Of a stretch of 64,000 bases of DNA, positions 1-11,946 are shown piece after piece. Below the pieces are notes generated by a model. The model was not told the DNA's origin, searched no databases, and worked only from the letters and a program-made list of their open reading frames with translations. This DNA is from Octopus vulgaris (taxonomy: Eukaryota), in assembly GCA_951406725.2 (NCBI GenBank), contig OX597819.1, positions 110,732,001 through 110,796,000 of the forward strand, read 5' to 3'. A program made the translations under genes and the position numbers. Numbering within the stretch: the first letter of the stretch is position 1; each line of letters begins with the position of its first letter.

Positions 1-90
1 CAACAAACCGATAAATAGATAGATAGATATACCTATGTATGTATATATACATCGGATTGTGTACGTATTTATGTGTGTGTATATATATAT

Positions 91-376
91 ATCACCGTGA
101 CCGGCCAGGCTATCAGTTATTGCTACACATCGCTGGTCGCATTGTTTTAGTCTCCAAATGACCCCACTCCGCTGGCTAAGCGAGCAGGCCAACAGAAAAA
201 AGAGTGACAGAAAGTTATGGCGAAAGAGTTCAGTAGGGATCGCCACCACCCCCTGCCGGAGCCTCGTGGAGCTGTAGGTGTTTTCGGTCAATAAACATTC
301 ACAACGCCCGATCTGGCAATCGAAACCGCGATCCTACGACCTCGAGTCCGCTGCCCTAACCACTGGGCCATAGCGC
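91..376 (-). mobile_element. tRNA-derived SINE, family C (tRNA-Arg-like head)
   Basis: Reverse complement starts GCGCTATGGCCCAGTGGTTAGGGCAGCGGACTCG with A box and B-box-like GTTTCGATTGCC; closely similar to the copy at 41666-41970. Confidence 0.85.
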
Positions 377-384
377 TTCTGCAC

Positions 385-444
385 ACACATATATATATGT
401 ATATATATGTATATATATATATACATACATACATATATATATAC

Positions 445-481
<37 letters not shown>

Positions 482-502
482 CATACATATATATATATAT
501 AC

Positions 503-545
<43 letters not shown>

Positions 546-556
546 TGTATGTATGC

Positions 557-589
<33 letters not shown>

Positions 590-625
590 TGTATGTATGT
601 TACGTACACATATACACACATACAC
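385..625. repeat. (TA)n/(TATG)n compound microsatellite
   Basis: Direct inspection; representative of dozens of TA/CA/TATC/TATG tracts in the window. Confidence 0.95.
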
Positions 626-1398
626 GTGGTAGTCACCTGAAGGAAGATAGAAGCTAAGACGTTTATTTGCAAAGTAGTTTCTTTACGTTGTATATCTTGA
701 AATTCGACAGTGGACACGTGTGTATGTTGTCGATGTGAGCAAAACCAGCAACAGTAACAACACCAACAATAATACCAGCAACGAGAGAGGGTAAGGGCAG
801 CGACGGCAGGCGATGAACCCGAGCCAGCGTGCCAAGGGAGCTGTTGGAAGGTGCTTGATCGCGGACCCTCATAGAGAGGGGGCGGGATTATTAGATGTGA
901 CGGAGGAGAAAGTGTGCGTGTGCGGCGTATGAGTGTGAGTGTGTGTGCACGTGCATGCCCTTGTGGACATGTTTATATATGTTGCTGTATGCGTGTTCGC
1001 ATATGATTGTGAATGTGAGCGCACGTGTGTGCGCATGCATGTGTGTGTGTGTGTGTGATGTGTGTGTGTGCATGTGTGTGTGTATGTGCGTGTGTGAAGA
1101 GTAGTGTTCGTATTGGTGGTGCAGTGCGTTATAGTATTATTTTTCGTTTCAAATTCTCTTTACCCGGGGTTCGAAAACTGAAGTAGTGTTGCAGGTGATG
1201 GGGATATTGGTGGTAGAGGTGATGGTGGTGGTAGTGGAGGTAGTGGTGGTGGAGGTGGTGCTGGTGGTGAATGTGCAGGATCACGGGTAGGCGGGAATCT
1301 ATAGGAAAAGAGTCAACTGGGCGGTAGAGACTCATCGACGAAGAGTGTGCCTCATGGATGCGTGGGTGCATACATACATACATACATACATACATACA

Positions 1399-1448
<50 letters not shown>

Positions 1449-1613
1449 GTTAATCCAAACAAGAAAGCACAAAAAACACAACAACGCGAGGGCGTGGAAC
1501 AAATATAGTATTATTGGACGGTTTAACGTTTCGAGCGGAGCTCTTCGTCGGAAACATAGGAGAAGGAAAGATCCAGAGAAGGGAAGACAGAGGAAAAAAA
1601 AAAAATATATATA

Positions 1614-1799
1614 TGTTTGTTCCCCCAACGTGGCTTGACAACCGATGCTGGTGTGTTTACGTCCCTGTAACCTAGCGATTCGGCAAGACAGACCGATAGA
1701 ATAAGTACTAGGCTTCCAAAGAATAAGTCCTAGGGTCGATTTTTTCGACAACAGGCGCTGCTCCAGCATGGTCGCAGTCAAATAAAACAAATAAAAGAG
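1614..1799 (+). mobile_element. SINE family A, 3' half only
   Basis: GCTTGACAACCGATGCTGGTGTGTTTACGTCC...GCTCCAGCATGGTCGCAGTCAAA matches the 3' half of full copies such as 48633-49050. Confidence 0.85.
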
Positions 1800-2029
1800 A
1801 TACACACACATATATATGTGTGTGAGAGTGCGTGTTTGTGTGTGTGTGTGTAAATCCAAGTTCAGGGAATGGTGCAGGTGAAATTTAGGCTACATATGTT
1901 TCCTAGCTAGCAGGAACTCGGAAGTAGTAATTATTCGACGAGGGATACTCTTAAACATCAGGCTGGAGATATCTTAGTTAAATGAGGGTTACATTGCCGC
2001 CATGGAAACCCAAGTCAACTCGCAGGAGA

Positions 2030-2290
2030 TGTGATTAAAGCTTTGCCGCACCTTTCATATTCTCTCCCACTTTGCATTTCGTTCAGATTTCTACCTCTTT
2101 CGATCTCTTTAAAATTCATTTAAAATTCAATGGACAGACTTTCAACTCTGATGAGAATGTAAAAATAGATCTGGAAAAAGTTTTCGCCTGTAAAGACAGG
2201 AAATTCTTTGGGTTGGGAATGATGGATCTACTCACAAGATGTCAATAGATACTGGAACGAAACGGTAATTTTATCATTGACTGAATAAAC
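2030..2290 (+). pseudogene. decayed mariner transposase C-terminal fragment
   Basis: Hand translation across frameshifts gives LPH.SYSP...SDFYLFRSL..FNGQTFNSDENVKIDLEK.F..KDRKFF..G...L..R....LERNGNFIID*, the mariner YSPDLAPSD motif and C-terminus. Confidence 0.75.
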
Positions 2291-2342
2291 TGCTTTGTGT
2301 GTTATTTTCGCTAAAAAGATCGAACCCATCGTCACAAACACA

Positions 2343-2401
<59 letters not shown>

Positions 2402-2484
2402 ATCTCTGTATTCCAGCCCTGTGTGGCCAATAAAGAAAGTTATCTATGTATGTATGTATGTATGTATGTATGTATGTATGTATG

Positions 2485-2542
<58 letters not shown>

Positions 2543-2625
2543 AATATCTATCTATCGATCTATCTGTATGTCTGTCTGTCTGCCCACCTGTCTGTTAACC
2601 TACTCACATATGTATGAATGTCGCC

Positions 2626-2660
<35 letters not shown>

Positions 2661-3741
2661 TCTATCTGTATTTATGTACGTATGTATATCTTTCTCTATG
2701 TAGTTATTCATGTATTCTGTTAGAATATTACAAATTGTATATGAATGCATAATTTCGTATTAATGTATACACACGTATATGTGTGAGTGTGTGTTTGTGT
2801 ACATATGTGCGTGTGTACATATGGAGTGATAGAACTATCGATTGAAGCGAATAAATACAAGATTCTTACGAGTTCAAATATGTTTGAGGCATATTCGATC
2901 ACGTAACGAAACCATTCATAATATTTTGGCACAGAGAAAGTTTCTCGCTGTAGACAAATAAGTGAAAATACACCGAATCAATTCACAGCGACCCCTAACG
3001 AGATCGTTGGATGCATGCATTTCGGAGTTGTTGTCTCCTCTTCAGCGACATATATACATATACATGTTACACACACTCTCTCACACACACACAACACAAC
3101 ACAACACACACATACGTACATACATATATACATACATACATACATACATACACACATATATCTACATACATACATGCTCATACAGAGGCATACATGTACA
3201 TATGTATATATGTACATGTATACACACACACACTCACACACACACACGCACGCACACACGCACGCACACACGTACAAACAAATGCATACACGTGTAGGAA
3301 CCTTTTCTCTCTATACTTTATTAAGTTCTAATTCATTTCTAATAATTTCAGATACAGGGATGCTGTCAAGCCGCACCCCAGACTGGTGGCATGGGCACGC
3401 CCACCACGCCCAACAATGATCGGTACTACACAATTCTGGCCTCCCCCACACGCCCAACAATGATCGCTACTAAACAATTTTGGCCTCCCCCACACGCCCT
3501 CAATAATCATGTCATCTCCCCGTCAGCACAACCACCAACATCCCTGCCAACATCTTTGCCCCAACGATATTATAAATAATTGAAACTCAGTACTATGGCT
3601 TCCATAGAAAATGTCCTTCCGTTAAAATACTCCCTATATTATTGGTATCGTTTTGCTATAGAGTAGAAGCAAAGACTGAAGTATGATTCGTATGTACTCG
3701 TCTGGGCGTGGGTGAATGTATGTATACGTACATACATCTCT

Positions 3742-4140
3742 GTCTGTCTGAGGTAAGTAGCTTGCTTATCAACCACATGGTTCCGGGTTCAGTCCCACTT
3801 CGAGGCACCTTGGGCAAGTGTCTTCTACAACAGCCTCGGACCGACCAAAGCCTTCTGAGTGGATTTGGTAGACGGAAAATGAAAGAAGCCTGTCGTATAT
3901 ATGTATATATATTTATGTGTGTGTGTTTGTGTGTCTATGTTTGTTCCCCCAGCATCACTTGATAACCGATTTGGTGAGTTTATGTCCCCATAACTTAGCA
4001 GTTCGGCAAAAGAAACCGATAGAATTAGTACTAGGCTTATAAATAATAAGTCCTGGGGTCGATTTGCTCGACTAAAGGCGGTGCTCCAGCATGGCCAGAG
4101 TCAAATTATTGAAACAAGTGAAAAGAAAAAAAAAAGAATA
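3742..4140 (+). mobile_element. SINE family A (tRNA head + CORE-like box + internal microsatellite + LINE-type tail)
   Basis: GGTAAGTAGCTTGC...GGTTCAGTCCC B box, ACCTTGGGCAAGTG CORE-like motif, internal TA/TG tract, tail GGTGCTCCAGCATGGCC...GAAACAAGT. Confidence 0.9.
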
Positions 4141-4459
4141 AATACTTATGTGTATGTGTGTATGCATATATATGTGTGTGTATATATATTTATATATGTG
4201 TGTGTTAAATAAAATGAGATGACAAGGCCAAGGCAATGTGATGCCCTAGAAATACCGCATTGCGTTTACCGTGTTGTCTCATTTTATTCAATATATACAC
4301 GCTCACACACGACTCACGTCAGACTCCTGACTCACACTGTTATTGAACTGGGTGTCCAGAAGCGGTTCTTCCATAGAACCTACATAGCCTCACCTACCTT
4401 TTGGGTCTTCTGGATACCAAAACCTCTCTCATATATATATACATATATAATTTTGGTGG

Positions 4460-4760
4460 GGAACAGTGGATCTTGAAGCACCTAAAGCTAGCCATAGCGT
4501 GTCCCACGGGTAGTATTCGACATTTTTGGCTTTTATGTATAGCTATACCTACATGTATAATGTTTTATTTAAATCAGTCAATAATCGGCATCTATGTACC
4601 ACACACTTGCGTAGATGTAGAAACGAAGAGCGCCTCCTTCAGCAGGTGTTCAAAGACTTTACCATCCACGCTGACACATCCTTTCATTCCATCATGGAAT
4701 TATACTTTGAGTGTTTTGTTTTTCTTGGCTACGGTCAACCATATTTATACAATACACAAT
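4460..4760 (-). mobile_element. possible Tc1-like transposase 3' remnant
   Basis: Minus strand encodes GCVSVDGKVFEHLL, resembling the C..GG.HFEHLL terminus of Tc1-like transposases; no clear TIR pair found. Confidence 0.3.
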
Positions 4761-5119
4761 AGATATGTTAACATCTAGCAATACCGGTTCCTGAAGTACT
4801 TTTTACAGAGTGGAAACGCCTTTTTCAGGGAGAATTCCACTTTCAAAACAATGCATGCATTCGCCCAAAAAGATAACTAGTCTTGTGTTACAGCAAATGC
4901 ACCATTGCTCTTTCTTCTACAGAGAGTTCTAATCAAAGAATAGGGGTATTTCACCCCTAATTGTTGGATAGGTGCTGGCAGGTATTGTGTTTCACTTTAC
5001 AACGAAACCCACCTTTCCTACCAAGTAGACTTGGTAGAGTTGCCGTTTTAGTCAAAATGGCCCGACCATGCTACAGGTTGTGTTGGATGGCACGTTACCA
5101 GTGGCACTGGTTACATACA

Positions 5120-5420
5120 TAAATATATACGGTGATTATTCCATCTTTATAAATGATTGTCGTCTCTCTGAGCTTCCTTGCTGTAAATGGCATTTCTGAC
5201 ATTCCGCCCATGACCTCTCAGGTGATTATTTAGTCCCGTTGCAGATATGTATGGTTTGAAACATACGTGACAGATAGAAATTGCAATTTCTACTGGATTG
5301 ATCGGATCACTTTGTGAGATATGATACCCGTGAACTACCATACATCTCCTGAGACCCAAATTTACCTGCAAGCCCTTTCACACACTACATATGTCGAATC
5401 ATCCGTCCCATGAAGAAGAT
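5120..5420 (-). mobile_element. RTE-type LINE 3' end with two C2H2 zinc fingers (decayed)
   Basis: ORF 5147-5371 has CHVCFKPYISATGLNNHLRGH; a frameshifted upstream finger reads C.VCERACR.NLGLRR.MVVH. There is no TGEKP linker, and the stop is followed by a short UTR and a microsatellite. Confidence 0.6.
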
Positions 5421-5628
5421 ATAAATACATAAATACAGACCAAGCCGCCCACACATATATCTATACATCATTATTGACTCCCGATACTTGTACATATACA
5501 CACACCCAGAACCCTGTTGATATTGAAATTCCAGTCCAGGAGCTTGGATTTAGATAAGAAACCGACTCTTTCTCTATTGCCAATATATCTAGAAATAATA
5601 CTACTTGCCATACACATACACACATATG

Positions 5629-5696
<68 letters not shown>

Positions 5697-5754
5697 TACG
5701 AAGCTGTACTTGCATAGCAAGTGACCTGAACTGAGATCGTGTGCTGGAACGAAA

Positions 5755-5978
5755 ACAATTGCAGCGTGGAAGGTGTTTATAAGCCATTTAAAAAACACAA
5801 AAACCCTTAAATTCACTTCAGCATTTAAATTTAATTTGCAAAAATATTTTCGTTGCTTTGAGACAGCGCCCTGATTACTGATAAAATGCACGGCAAATTA
5901 AATTTAAGGGCTCAAGTGAATCTAACGGTTTTTGTGTGTTTCTTAAATGGCTTATAAAAAGCATCCACGCTACAAATG
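5755..5978. repeat. foldback inverted repeat (~85-bp arms) between TA tracts
   Basis: GCAGCGTGGAAGGTGTTTATAAGCCATTTAA...AAATTTAATTTGC is mirrored by GCAAATTAAATTTAA...TTAAATGGCTTATAAAAAGCATCCACGCTAC. Confidence 0.85.
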
Positions 5979-6061
5979 TCATATATATATATATATATAC
6001 ACACATATATACATATATATATACATGAACTCCGGTCATTTTTCATAGCATTTTCCCGTTG

Positions 6062-6131
6062 GCCGGATAACTGAAGAGATGACGGCGTGGATTTCCACCT
6101 GGGCATCCGAAACTCAGAGTTTTATCATGGC
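6062..6131 (+). ncRNA. type I hammerhead ribozyme-like motif
   Basis: GATAA-CTGAAGA-[GATG...GTGGA TT TCCAC...CATCC]-GAAA-CTC A GAG-TT-TTATC. Helix I, core, helix II, helix III and a GUU site are in the correct order; one G appears lost from helix II. Confidence 0.75.
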
Positions 6132-6242
6132 TACCGAATAATTGTCACATATTACATTTACAGATAAATTCCTCTATTTACATAATATCGAGGTCTCTTT
6201 CTTTTGTTGTCTTACCATTTCTATCAATATTATATATATAAT

Positions 6243-6657
6243 GGCTGTGTGGCTGTGTGGTAAGTAGCTTGCTAACCAGCCACATGGTTCCGGGTTCAGT
6301 CCCACTGCGTGGCATCTTGGGCAAGTGTCTTCTGCTATAGCCCCGGGCCGACCAATGCCTTGTGAGTGGATTTGGTAGACGGAAACTGAAAGAAGCCTGT
6401 CGTATATATGTATATATATATTTATGTGTGTATGTGTGTGTATGTTTGTGTGTCTGTGTTTGTCCTCTTAGCATTGCTTGACAACCGACGCTGGTGTGTT
6501 TACGTCCCCGTCACTTAGCGGTTCGGCAAAAGAGACCGATATAATAAGTACTGGGCTTACAAAGAATAAGTCCCGGGGTCGATTTGCTCGACTAAAGGCG
6601 GTGCTCCAGCATGGCCGCAGTCTGAAACAAGTAAAAGAGTAAAAGAGTAAAAGAGTA
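6243..6657 (+). mobile_element. SINE family A, near full length
   Basis: Complete head, CORE-like box, internal microsatellite and (TAAAAGAG)n tail. Confidence 0.92.
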
Positions 6658-6714
6658 TATATATATATATATATCTTCATACAAACGATTTCAAGTGATA
6701 TTGAAAGGTAATTA

Positions 6715-6910
6715 TGTATCCTCCCACCATCGCTTGACAACCAATGTTGGTGTGTTTACGTCCCTGTAGCTTATACGTTCGGCATAAGCTGCCGATAGAA
6801 TAAATACCAGGCTTACAAAGAATAAGTCCTGGTGTCGATCGGTTCGACTAAAGGCGGTGCTCCAGTATGGCCGCAGTCAAATGACTGAAACAAGTAGAAG
6901 AATAAAAGAA
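6715..6910 (+). mobile_element. SINE family A, 3' half
   Basis: Second 3' half in tandem after the 6243 copy. Confidence 0.88.
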
Positions 6911-7219
6911 TATAAATATACACAGAAGCGTGTCTAAATAAAACCGGTGTATCATTCATTGTTTAGTGCAGCATGCTAAATTAACAGAGCCTTTGTAAAT
7001 AGACCACGCCCACTCTTTACATTCGGTGAGGCGTTAGAAGAAAGTAACGGGAGAGTCAGTCGTAAGGTAAAAGAAAGGGAATAGGATAAAAAGAGAAGAA
7101 AGGGTGAGGTAAGAAAGAGAGAGAGAGAGAGTGAGGTGGAGACGAAAGAAGAGAAAAAGGTGGGCGTAGAAGAGGTGATGTAATGACTCCTACAAACAGA
7201 ACATTTTTAGGAGAGTGAG

Positions 7220-7255
<36 letters not shown>

Positions 7256-7966
7256 AGTGTGAGAACGAGAGAGAATAGAGTGTAGATGGGGCAAAGAAAT
7301 ATTGTAGGCAAGAGTTATTGTTTAGCCCTAGGACACCTATGCTCAAACAGTCATACATATTCTGTTCCTTTTTTCCCCGATTTACTCCTGTTTCTTTTCT
7401 TTTTCTTTTTCTTATTGAAATGGCATATTCAACGACAGCTCACATTGTCCAAAGTGTCCTTTTCTACTATTAGTAGGATTTAACTCTTATTTCCACTACA
7501 CCGCATGACCACATGGGGACTTAGTCGTTTTCTCTGAGTAACAGAGAGTTCAAATGCAATGAGAGCTACCTGTTATGCAGGATATTGCCATAGAAGAATC
7601 TCTTTAGTATCCTCCTGTAACGTTCTGAGTTCAAGCCTCACCGAAATCAACTTTACATTCTTCCCGGGTCAATGAAATAATGTACAGTACAACACAGTCA
7701 TATTCTAGCAGGAAGGTATGTAATCCGCTGGAACTCTGCAACCGAATCAATTTGCAAGCCGACTTAAAGGTAGGTTGGTTGGTTGGTTGGTTGTTTCCCC
7801 AGTCACGCTTTACATCGTATTCAGAGAAGAGGAGGGAGTGTGAAACTGAGATACAGTGTAAATATGAGAAATACAGGATGTGTGCATATACTAGGGTTGG
7901 CGGAAGGCAATGAGTAAACGAACGCTGTGACAAACAAGGGGAAAGATGAGGAATATATATATATTC

Positions 7967-8143
7967 CGTAGGACTGGCTGTGTGATAAGTAGCTTGCTTA
8001 CCAACAACATGGTTCCGGGTTCAGTCCCACTGCGTGGCACCTTGGGCAAGTGTCTTCTACAATAGCCTCGGGCCGACCAAAGCCTTGTGAGTGGATTTGG
8101 TAGACGGAAACTGAAAGAAGCCCGTCGTACATGTGTATATATA

Positions 8144-8206
<63 letters not shown>

Positions 8207-8411
8207 ATGTGTTTGTGTTTGTCCCCCCAACATCGCTTGACAACCGATAGTGGTGTGTTTATGTCCCCGTAACTTAGCAGTTCGGCAAAAGAGACCGATA
8301 GAATAAGTATTAGGCTTACAAAAATAAGACCGGGGGTCGATTTGCCCGACCAAAAGCGGTGCTCCAGCATGGCTACAGTCAAATGATTGAAACAAGTAAA
8401 AGAGTAAAAGA

Positions 8412-8414
<3 letters not shown>
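7967..8414 (+). mobile_element. SINE family A, full length
   Basis: Full family A sequence with an expanded internal (TG)n. Confidence 0.92.
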
Positions 8415-8445
<31 letters not shown>

Positions 8446-8745
8446 CAAAATTTTGACATACGACAGTTTAACATAAAAGCAACGATATATGTATAGATAT
8501 ATATATATACATATATATGTACATATATATGTATATATATGTATATATATATATGTGTATATATATATATGCATATATGTATATATATATGTGTATATAT
8601 TTGCATATATGTATATATATATATGTATATATATATGTATATATAAAATTGAATAAGGGTAGAAATTGATATCAATCAATTAAAACCAGTGGCCTAGCAT
8701 ATTTAAAAAATCCGATGATTAAAATATTTTTTACATACAAAACTC

Positions 8746-8818
8746 AAAGGACTGACCACTAAAAGTCGACAGCATATATCCAGCATATTGTCTGTCCACT
8801 TTTAGTGGTCAGTCCTTT
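8746..8818. repeat. short inverted repeat (27-bp arms)
   Basis: AAAGGACTGACCACTAAAAGTCGACAG / CTGTCCACTTTTAGTGGTCAGTCCTTT. Confidence 0.85.
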
Positions 8819-8819
8819 A

Positions 8820-8850
<31 letters not shown>

Positions 8851-10370
8851 ACTCTTTTTAGCCATGCGGCCGTGGTCATGTTGGAGCACCAACATAAGCT
8901 TTCTGATTTCCTCATTGTGGGTGTTTCATATCACCACTCCTGTATGTGCCTTTATGCCAGATGTTGGTACATTTGGTGTATAAGGGAGTTTGATTCCGCT
9001 GCCCTCGTCTGTACCTCATATCGAGCTGTTGATTCATCCGCTATTGTGGAGAGTTGGATGTCTAGTTCCTTTTTGAAGACATCTACTTCCACCTTATGCA
9101 GATTTCTTAATTTTTGTGGCAGGGCATTGAAGAGCTTTGGGCCTTTGAACCCTAGACTATTGCAGCACCTGGTCCTGAATTTAAATGGAGTGGATTGAAC
9201 CTTCGGTACAATGCAATGGTGGTCAGTTCTGGCATTTCTATAACACTGAATGCCAAAGTTAGGTACTAGCCCTTCTAAGATTTTCTATATATATTATTGC
9301 ATATCTCTCACGCCTTTGCTCCATGGAGTAAAGCTGTAGTTTTCTCAGCCTATCCCTGCAGCTCATCCATTGCACTGTTTCAATCTTTTTTGTGTAGTGG
9401 CGTTGGACTGCTTCAAGCTCCGCTCTTAGTTTGGTAGTGTGTGGTGACCATAACTGGGAGCAGTAGTCCAGACGGCTGAGAACAATGATTCTCCACAAGA
9501 CCAACATAGTTTCTTGGTCTCTTGTCTTGAAGGACCTCAGTATCCATCCTGCCAGTTGTCTGCACTTTGCTGCCATCTTGCTAATGTGCATATAATATGA
9601 TGCGTCACTGCACATATTGATTCCCAAGACTTTCACTGCCTGTAACTCTGGGATTGTAGTGCCTTCAGGTCCTGTAAATGTAGATTGTACTGTATTTATG
9701 AGTTGATAGTGCAGTGCTTGAAATATTCCAGCATTAAATTGCATATTGTTTATTTCGGCCCACTTGTATATTGAATTTAGGTCCCGCTATAAGCTTGTGA
9801 CATAATCTTGTTTTTTTATTGCCTTTGATAATTTTGTAGCATAGCTAGTGACAGTGGCTGTCCGGATGACTGTGGGCATGTTTAAGAGGGCTATTATGAA
9901 CAGTAATGGCTCCAGAACAGTTCTCTATGGGGTCACCACACAGGATTCGAGTTACTTCAGAAAGGGCACCATTGGCTGCAACTATCTGACTTCTGTTTTT
10001 AAGGAAGTCATGCAACCACTCTCCCAGTTTACCAGCAATGCCAAGGTCTCGTAGGTTATGACTAATCATGCCATGATCTACCTTATCAAATGCCTTTGCG
10101 AAGTCAAGGTATATCACACTGACATCTGAATGCAGCTGTTTCAAAACCAAGTCATAGTGCTGTAGGAGCTGTGTCAGGCAGCTTCTTCCTGGACGGCTGC
10201 CATGCTGAGTATTGTTCAGTAGGTTATTTTCTTCTAGGAACATTATCAACTTTTTTCTGGTGATGCGCTCCATGACTTTACTGATATGTGAATTCAGAGA
10301 GATCGACCTGTAGTTTTTGACCTCTGCTTTGCTTCCACCTTTGTGGATAGGGCATATAATGCTTTCTTTC
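8851..10370 (-). mobile_element. 5'-truncated CR1-group LINE (degraded RT and C-terminus, 3' tail)
   Basis: RT motifs ICPIHKGG..KNYRSISL, QHG.RPGRSCLTQLL, VIYLDFAKAFDKVDH, SRLDYCSQLWSP, LEAVQR; C-terminal GPKLFNALP; frameshifts and stops present. Confidence 0.9.
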
Positions 10371-10597
10371 AGCTATGGCATTCTGAGGACGTCGATTAGT
10401 CTCTGAACAGCGTTTCAAACGTAGTAGTCTGTAAGATTTAAATCTGGTGATCACATGGTTTGGTTGGCCTGATGCAAGGGTCTTCTAATATAGCCTCGAG
10501 TCAACCAAACAACGTGATCACCAGATTTAAATCTTTCAGACTACTACGTTTGAAACGTTGTTCAGAGACTAATCAACGTCCTCAGAATACCATAGCT
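10371..10597. repeat. foldback element, ~98-bp arms with ~31-bp spacer
   Basis: AGCTATGGCATTCTGAGGACG...GTTTGGTTGGC (10371-10468) is reverse-complemented at 10500-10597. Confidence 0.92.
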
Positions 10598-11159
10598 TCA
10601 CTGAAGGCTGGCTTTGTCCAGGTAATATCTGAAATGAAAAGAACCATTTAGTGCAGGGACGATGTCAACTCTTCCGGTCCCACATTGAAACAGTCATCGA
10701 AGCTGGAGACGTATTCATAGAATAATTTTATAAAAAAGCTAATCGGGAACATTTGCTTAATTTCTTTTTTAAAATACATTTTCTTTTGGCTAGATCAGAG
10801 TTGTTTGTATTTTAAATTACCACATATATCCTCAAATACCCCTCACACTCTATTCTTACTGAGTTGCTTTGGTCTCCTGTATAACTCGTGTCGTGAAGGA
10901 AATATCTCCATTTATAAATTTCTCTTTTGAAAACTTTCAAATAAATAATCGTAATTTTGTTTACTTTTCAAATGCCATGGGGGGAAAGCTTGGCTCTTCT
11001 AGACCAAAACACTGACAAAACTATGTTCCCCTTGTCGATGTTGTTGTTGTTGTTGTTACTGTTGATTGTCGAAACTACTGAAAAATATTTGTGCCACAAT
11101 TAGCGACGGAAAGGTTCTGTAATTATAATGGCACAGAGTAAGAAATAAGCAGGAAGTTT

Positions 11160-11670
11160 TTAGTATGATGATGAGGATGAGGATGATGATGATGATGCTG
11201 GTCATCAACATCATTATCTCTCTCTTCTTTGCCTTATAATAATCGTCGTCATTATCTCCTTCCGTCTGTTCTTTTTCATCCTCATCAATCTTCTCACCAC
11301 CACTACCAAAACCAAGACCATCCCCTTTATCATCATCGTAACCATCATCATCACCGTCATCATCATCACCGTCGTCGTCATCATCATCATCATCATCATC
11401 ATCAACATCATCATCATCGTCATCATCATCATCATCATCATCATCATCGTCGTCGTTGTCGTCATCATCGTCTTCGTCGTCGCCGTCGTCATCATCATCA
11501 TCACCGCCATCATCATCATCACCGTCATCACCATCAACATAGGCGTCGTCGTCGTCATCGTCTTCCTCCTCCTCCCTCCTCCTCATCATCAACATCATCA
11601 TCATCGTTGCCACATCACCACCATTTTCACAACAATCCTCACCTTTATCATAATCGCCATCATTAATATC
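11160..11670. repeat. (GAT/CAT/CGT)n cryptic trinucleotide tract
   Basis: Direct inspection; produces spurious poly-D/poly-H ORFs. Confidence 0.9.
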
Positions 11671-11946
11671 ACCACTATCAATATCATTCCCTTCTCCCCA
11701 CCCCCAGCCTCCTTATGTTCATTATCCTCACAGAAGAAAAACCTGTGATGTCACTTCTAATAATTTGTTTCCGCTGTATTAATAGGAGAACGAACGAACG
11801 ACAGACACAGAATGTGTACGTATGTATGTGATGTGCTTAAAACCATCCGTGCCTTCTTTTACTTGCATGAGAATATGTGTATGTATTATGTATATATGCA
11901 TAGATACGCGTTGGTCTCTTTCTGGTTAGTCAGGATCCAACTTAAT

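Noticed and set aside
5147-5371. Host C2H2 zinc-finger gene exon
   Set aside because: It has a frameshift, no TGEKP linker and a LINE-like tail, so an RTE C-terminus is the better explanation.
7891-8679. Recurrent peptide [21 protein letters not shown]... suggesting a gene family
   Set aside because: It is the antisense translation of SINE family A.
11056-11666. Acidic poly-Asp and poly-His ORFs (also 17714, 24054-25258, 34309, 37289)
   Set aside because: They are GAT/CAT trinucleotide tracts open in several frames on both strands, with no domains or splice support.
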